This document shows, piece after piece, positions 17,968 through 22,073 of a DNA stretch of 22,073 nucleotides (positions are counted from its first letter, which is position 1; every line of letters begins with the position of its first letter). Origin of the DNA: Elusimicrobiota bacterium (lineage in GTDB: Bacteria; Elusimicrobiota; UBA8919); contig JBDRIG010000045.1 of NCBI GenBank assembly GCA_043816185.1, forward strand, positions 1-22,073. The letters run 5' to 3'. Position numbers and translations under genes: made by a program. The notes beneath the pieces were generated by a model. It had not been told where the DNA came from. It ran no database searches and saw nothing but the letters and a program-made list of their open reading frames with translations.

Positions 17968-18064
17968 GGAGTGGGGATGGTTGTGATGACAAACAGAACG
18001 ATATTGGTGACAGAATTAGATTTGGTTGTATCGCTGTTATTATAATCTCAGAGAGGAATATTTT

Positions 18065-19207
18065 ATGAAAATACAAATGGTAGATTTAGCGGCAAGTTAT
18101 CCAGAGGTTAGGGCTGAAATCGATATCGCAATAAAAAATGTTTTAGATAAAACAAATTTTATTCTTGGCGAAGAAGTAAAAAAGTTTGAAGAAGATTTTG
18201 CAAAATACTGCGGCGTAAAATATGCTGTTGGTGTTGCCAATGGGACCGATGCTTTAAAAATTGCGATACTTGCTTGCGGTATTAAAAAAGGCGATGAAAT
18301 TATTACAACACCATTTACTTTTATTGCAACAAGTGAGGCAATCGTTCAATCTGGTGCTGTTCCTGTTTTTGTGGATATTGATGAAAAGACATATAATATC
18401 GACACTGACAAAATTGAAGAGTATATAAAATTCAAAATTCAGAATTCAGAATTCAAAACAAAGGCAATCCTGCCCGTTCATTTATATGGTCATCCATGTA
18501 ATATGGATAAAATTTTAGAAATTGCAAGAAAATACAATTTGAAAGTTATAGAAGATTGTGCTCAAGCATTTTCAGCTAAGTATAAACTTCCGATTTCCGA
18601 TTTCCGATTCACGGGTTCTATAGGCGATGTTGGTTGTTTCAGTTTTTTCCCTGCGAAAAATCTCGGTTGTTTTGGTGATGGTGGGATGGTTATTACGAAC
18701 AGTAAAGAAATTTATGAAAATGCAAAAGCGTTGAGAAACCATGGACAGCGTCAAAAATATTTTTCAGAAATTGACGGCTTTAATTCGCGATTAGACACAA
18801 TTCAAGCAGCGATTCTTTCAGTTAGGTTGAAATATATAGATAAATGGACGGAAATGCGAAATGAAGTTGCAAAAAAATACAACGAACTATTGAAAGATGT
18901 TTCTATTGTACCGACAGTTTCAGAAAATTGTCTCCATTCGTTTAATTATTACACAATTCGATTTAAGAGCAAGGATGAAAGAAATAAAGTTCAAAAATAT
19001 CTGATAGATAACAATATACCGTGTCAGATTTACTATCCACAATCGCTGCATTTGCAAAAAGTTTATGAAAATTTGGGTTACAAAAAAGGTGATTTTCCAG
19101 TTTCAGAAATGGCACAAGACGACACGCTCTCTTTGCCGATGTACCCAGAATTGGACGACGAAAAAATAAAATATATCGTCAGCAAAATAAAAGATGGTTT
19201 GTTATAG
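18065..19207 (+). CDS. DegT/DnrJ/EryC1/StrS family PLP aminotransferase (WbpE-like)
   Basis: NGTDAL, PVHLYG, EDCAQA, SFFPAKNLGCFGDGG, NSRLD, SLPMYP. GAGGA upstream of ATG 18065. Confidence 0.93.
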   Translation: MKIQMVDLAASYPEVRAEIDIAIKNVLDKTNFILGEEVKKFEEDFAKYCGVKYAVGVANGTDALKIAILACGIKKGDEIITTPFTFIATSEAIVQSGAVPVFVDIDEKTYNIDTDKIEEYIKFKIQNSEFKTKAILPVHLYGHPCNMDKILEIARKYNLKVIEDCAQAFSAKYKLPISDFRFTGSIGDVGCFSFFPAKNLGCFGDGGMVITNSKEIYENAKALRNHGQRQKYFSEIDGFNSRLDTIQAAILSVRLKYIDKWTEMRNEVAKKYNELLKDVSIVPTVSENCLHSFNYYTIRFKSKDERNKVQKYLIDNNIPCQIYYPQSLHLQKVYENLGYKKGDFPVSEMAQDDTLSLPMYPELDDEKIKYIVSKIKDGLL

Positions 19208-19209
19208 CG

Positions 19210-19575
19210 GTGGATGTAAATCCACTTGATGCGATTTCAAAAATAAAACATAAATATGGATGGCTCTCTGACATCCCTGATAATAGGGATTTTCTTTATG
19301 CAAGGATAATAAAGATTCCAAAAGTATTGCCTGACAAAATTGATTTAAGAAAAGGATGTTCTTCTGTTAAAAACCAGGGTCAATTAGGAAGTTGCACTGC
19401 CAATGCTTTGGCAGGCAATTTAGAATTTTTGGATATTCAGGATGGAAATGGTTATACTGACCAGAGTCGGTTGTTCGTTTATTATAGTGAAAGATTATTG
19501 TGTGACACAGTTAATGACGACTCATGGGTTTCACGGTCTTTAATAGGAGGTCTTTATGGAAGAGCAAGAAATTGA
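19210..19575 (+). pseudogene. Truncated papain-family (C1A) cysteine peptidase, N-terminal part only
   Basis: YGW..D.PD.RD, LPDKIDLR, NQGQLGSCTANA, SRLFVYYSER. Similarity ends near DDS (~19523); no His/Asn catalytic motifs. Confidence 0.8.
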
Positions 19576-20362
19576 TTTATTGGATTATTTGAGGGTATTG
19601 AAAAGGAAGTGGAAATTGGTTGTTGGGGTTATAGTCGCTATTGCTGTTATTTCAGCGGTGATTTCACTTTTATTGCCAAAGATCTACCAAACCACGGCGA
19701 TTATTGAGCCGGCAAAAATTCAGAAAATACCGGTTGAGACCGCCGCAACATTAGAATTGTTATTCAAAAATCCGCTGAATCCGTACTTGAAAGAAATTGT
19801 ATTGGCCATGAATATAGATGAAAATAAAGCATATAAATTAGATAAAAATTTTAAGATAGTTGATAAAATAGGTTATTTGAGTATATTAAGCAACGGCAAA
19901 TCGCCCAACGAAGCCAAAAAATTATCTGACTTACTGTGCTCATTAATTTTGAAAAGGCATGCCGACTTGATGGTTGATGTACTGAAAATATCAGACTATG
20001 AAATAAATAACATAAAAGAGCAGATTTTGTTAGTAAAAAAGGATGTTGGGCAAGTGAACAAAAAACTTTTGATGAAGGAGAGTGCGGATACACAGGGACA
20101 GGGATTCGTGTTTCAAGGACTAATTCAATCAAAGGAAAACGCATTAAAAAGACAAACGGAATTAGAGGAAAGATTAAGAGCGAAGAATATAGAATTAAAA
20201 TACTATACAAAGTCGGCAAAAATTGTTGCTGAGGCATCAGTTCCTCGGTTTCCAATTGCCCCGCAAAAAGTAACAATAGTTTTAATTGCTACTTTATTTG
20301 GTTTTTTTATCTCCATATTTTCAGCATTTGTTATTGAGTTTTTCCAAAAAAACACATTGTAA
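19556..20362 (+). CDS. wzz: Wzz-type polysaccharide chain-length regulator
   Basis: EQEIDLLDYL, N-terminal TM, PKIY, coiled coil, Pro-rich PRFPIAP and C-terminal TM. GGAGG RBS. Confidence 0.88.
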   Translation: MEEQEIDLLDYLRVLKRKWKLVVGVIVAIAVISAVISLLLPKIYQTTAIIEPAKIQKIPVETAATLELLFKNPLNPYLKEIVLAMNIDENKAYKLDKNFKIVDKIGYLSILSNGKSPNEAKKLSDLLCSLILKRHADLMVDVLKISDYEINNIKEQILLVKKDVGQVNKKLLMKESADTQGQGFVFQGLIQSKENALKRQTELEERLRAKNIELKYYTKSAKIVAEASVPRFPIAPQKVTIVLIATLFGFFISIFSAFVIEFFQKNTL

Positions 20363-20416
20363 AAACTTATTTTACTTTTCAACTCTGTCGCATAGATTAA
20401 AGATAAAAGAGGAAAT

Positions 20417-20737
20417 ATGATTGATATTGAGTTTTATTTGAATGAAATTGTTAGAAAAATTACCAGCAATTTCAATCCAGAGAAAATCATTCTTTTTGGT
20501 TCTTATGCATATGGTCATCCTACGACTGACAGTGATATTGACATTATGGTGGTGATGAATACTGAGGAAAAACCGCATAAAAGAGCTGCATCTTTAAGAA
20601 AATTACTTAAAAATTTAGGTGTTCCAAAAGACATTATTGTAAAGACGCCAAATGAATTTGAACGATTTAAGGATATTATTGGGACAATTGTTTATCCTGC
20701 TGCTCATAAAGGGAAAGTTCTCTATGAAAAAAAATGA
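20417..20737 (+). CDS. Minimal nucleotidyltransferase (MNT) antitoxin
   Basis: ILFGSYAYG...DSDIDIMVV, 106 aa, directly upstream of a HEPN gene. Confidence 0.9.
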   Translation: MIDIEFYLNEIVRKITSNFNPEKIILFGSYAYGHPTTDSDIDIMVVMNTEEKPHKRAASLRKLLKNLGVPKDIIVKTPNEFERFKDIIGTIVYPAAHKGKVLYEKK

Positions 20738-21131
20738 TAAATTAGAGGTTGTAAAAGGCTGGTTTAAGAAGGCGGAAAACGATATTATAAATGCCGATAA
20801 TACAATTGAGATGGAGACACCACCTTGCGATACGATATGTTTTCATTCTCAACAATGTGCGGAAAAATATCTTAAAGGTTTCCTTACATTTTATGAAATA
20901 GAGTTTCCTAAAACTCATTCATTGGAAGATATTATTTTGTTATGCAAACGCGTTGAACCACTGATTGAATCAGAAATAGGTGAAGTAGAGATTTTGTCTA
21001 ATTATGGTGTAGAGGTTAGATGTCCTGACGAAATTTACTGTGATATATCTAAAGAAGATGCCATAGAGGCAATTAATTTAGCTAAAAAAGTTAAATTAGT
21101 TGTCCTACGATATCTGAAAGAGAAAATATAA
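20724..21131 (+). CDS. HEPN domain protein
   Basis: W..KA..D, FHSQQCAEKYLKG, PKTHSL, VRCP. ATG 20724 overlaps the MNT end. Confidence 0.88.
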   Translation: MKKNDKLEVVKGWFKKAENDIINADNTIEMETPPCDTICFHSQQCAEKYLKGFLTFYEIEFPKTHSLEDIILLCKRVEPLIESEIGEVEILSNYGVEVRCPDEIYCDISKEDAIEAINLAKKVKLVVLRYLKEKI

Positions 21132-21147
21132 GAGTAGTGTTGGATTA

Positions 21148-21180
21148 GTCATTGAATTTTTCCAAAAAAATCCATTGTAG
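21148..21180 (+). pseudogene. Second, diverged copy of the last 11 codons of wzz
   Basis: gtcattgaatttttccaaaaaaatccattgtag vs 20330-20362, 28/33 identical (VIEFFQKNPL* vs VIEFFQKNTL*). Confidence 0.8.
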
Positions 21181-21258
21181 TGTAGCATCATACTTGTGAG
21201 CGTGGAATATTCACATAAATTTCTTAACATTGGTACCGTGTCGTAATTGTTATCAAGT

Positions 21259-21291
21259 CCGTCATTCTAGCATGTTTTTAGCGAGAATCTA
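21259..21291 (+). repeat. CGTC-type REP-like palindrome remnant
   Basis: cCGTC-attct-agc...gcg-agaat: imperfect hairpin immediately before the next start codon. Confidence 0.45.
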
Positions 21292-21293
21292 TT

Positions 21294-22073
21294 ATGAAAA
21301 AAAATCAAATCATTGTAAAAATAATAAAGAAAGGTGAATCAGAAATTGTAGAATTCAAAAATAATTTTGACAATGAAACAATAGAAACACTCGTAGCATT
21401 TGCCAACACAAAGGGTGGAAAAATATTTATTGGTGTTACCGATGGCGGACGAATTGCGGGTGCCAAAATAGGAAATGAAACTACCCAACAGTGGCTCAAT
21501 GAAATAAAAACGAAAACCCAACCAGCTCTTATTCCTGACGTAGAAATCGTTGAGGTTTCTGGTAAATGTGTCGTGGTATTTGACATACAAGAATATCCTG
21601 TAAAGCCCGTTTCTTTCAGGGGAAGATATTATAAGAGAATAAAAAACTCAAATCATTTAATCCGTATAGAAGAGGTAGTAAATTTGCACTTGAAAACTTT
21701 TAACACCAGTTGGGATTATTACACCGATGCTATGCATTCCATTAAAGATATTTCGCTTGAAAAAGTTAACAAATTTATTGACCTAACAAATAAAAACAGA
21801 GATGTGAAAATTGTGGACGACCCGTTGTCTGTCCTTAGAAAATTTGAATTATTAAGAAAAGATGGTATTTCACAGGCGTGTTTTTTACTTTTTATGAAGG
21901 ATACCTCTCTTTTAAGCAGTATTGAAATAGGTAGATTTCAGACAGAAACACTAATCAAGGACAGTTTAAGAATTAGAACCGATCTTTTTACAGAAGTTGA
22001 GCAAATACTGGATTTCATTAAGAAACATATAAACAAAAAATATATAATAACAGGTAATGCCCAACGAGAAGAA
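21294..22073 (+). CDS. Schlafen/AlbA_2 domain protein (usually with a RecG-C/HATPase_c_4-like region); runs off the window end
   Basis: Own translation is open for 260 codons: GESEIVEFK, LVAFANTKGGKIFIGVTD, YPVKP, YYKR. Absent from the ORF track because there is no stop in the window. Confidence 0.88.
   Translation, partial: MKKNQIIVKIIKKGESEIVEFKNNFDNETIETLVAFANTKGGKIFIGVTDGGRIAGAKIGNETTQQWLNEIKTKTQPALIPDVEIVEVSGKCVVVFDIQEYPVKPVSFRGRYYKRIKNSNHLIRIEEVVNLHLKTFNTSWDYYTDAMHSIKDISLEKVNKFIDLTNKNRDVKIVDDPLSVLRKFELLRKDGISQACFLLFMKDTSLLSSIEIGRFQTETLIKDSLRIRTDLFTEVEQILDFIKKHINKKYIITGNAQREE

Noticed and set aside
614..21590. Short - strand and nested ORFs in the ORF track (e.g. 1089-1424, 7419-7778, 19851-20276)
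   Set aside because: They shadow well-supported + strand genes and have no recognisable motifs.

Overview
AT-rich bacterial chromosomal window with all convincing protein genes on the + strand. It opens with a tandem array of a 141-bp palindromic unit that brackets thrC on both sides, followed by a CvpA-family gene. Next is a long nucleotide-sugar/surface-polysaccharide region: Gmd/Rmd-like SDR, rmlA-C-B-D, ugd, UDP-GlcA decarboxylase, an SDR epimerase, WbpA-type dehydrogenase, comF, kpsF/gutQ, DegT aminotransferase and wzz. Accessory genes and gene scars interrupt it: AAA_14/DUF4143 ATPase, TPR protein, restriction-modification C-terminal scar, two small orphan ORFs, an amber-interrupted NYN nuclease, DUF1016 scar, truncated papain-like protease, MNT-HEPN pair and a Schlafen/AlbA_2 protein. 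The most notable unexplained signal is a near-consensus sigma70 promoter on the - strand predicting a ~55-nt structured, possibly pseudoknotted RNA that converges on the NYN stop codon, a candidate protein-RNA (type III toxin-antitoxin-like) system. Other points: REP-like and heptamer repeats sit in frame inside several enzymes, and a duplicated wzz 3' end brackets the MNT-HEPN cassette. All family calls come from motif recognition by eye; no searches were run.
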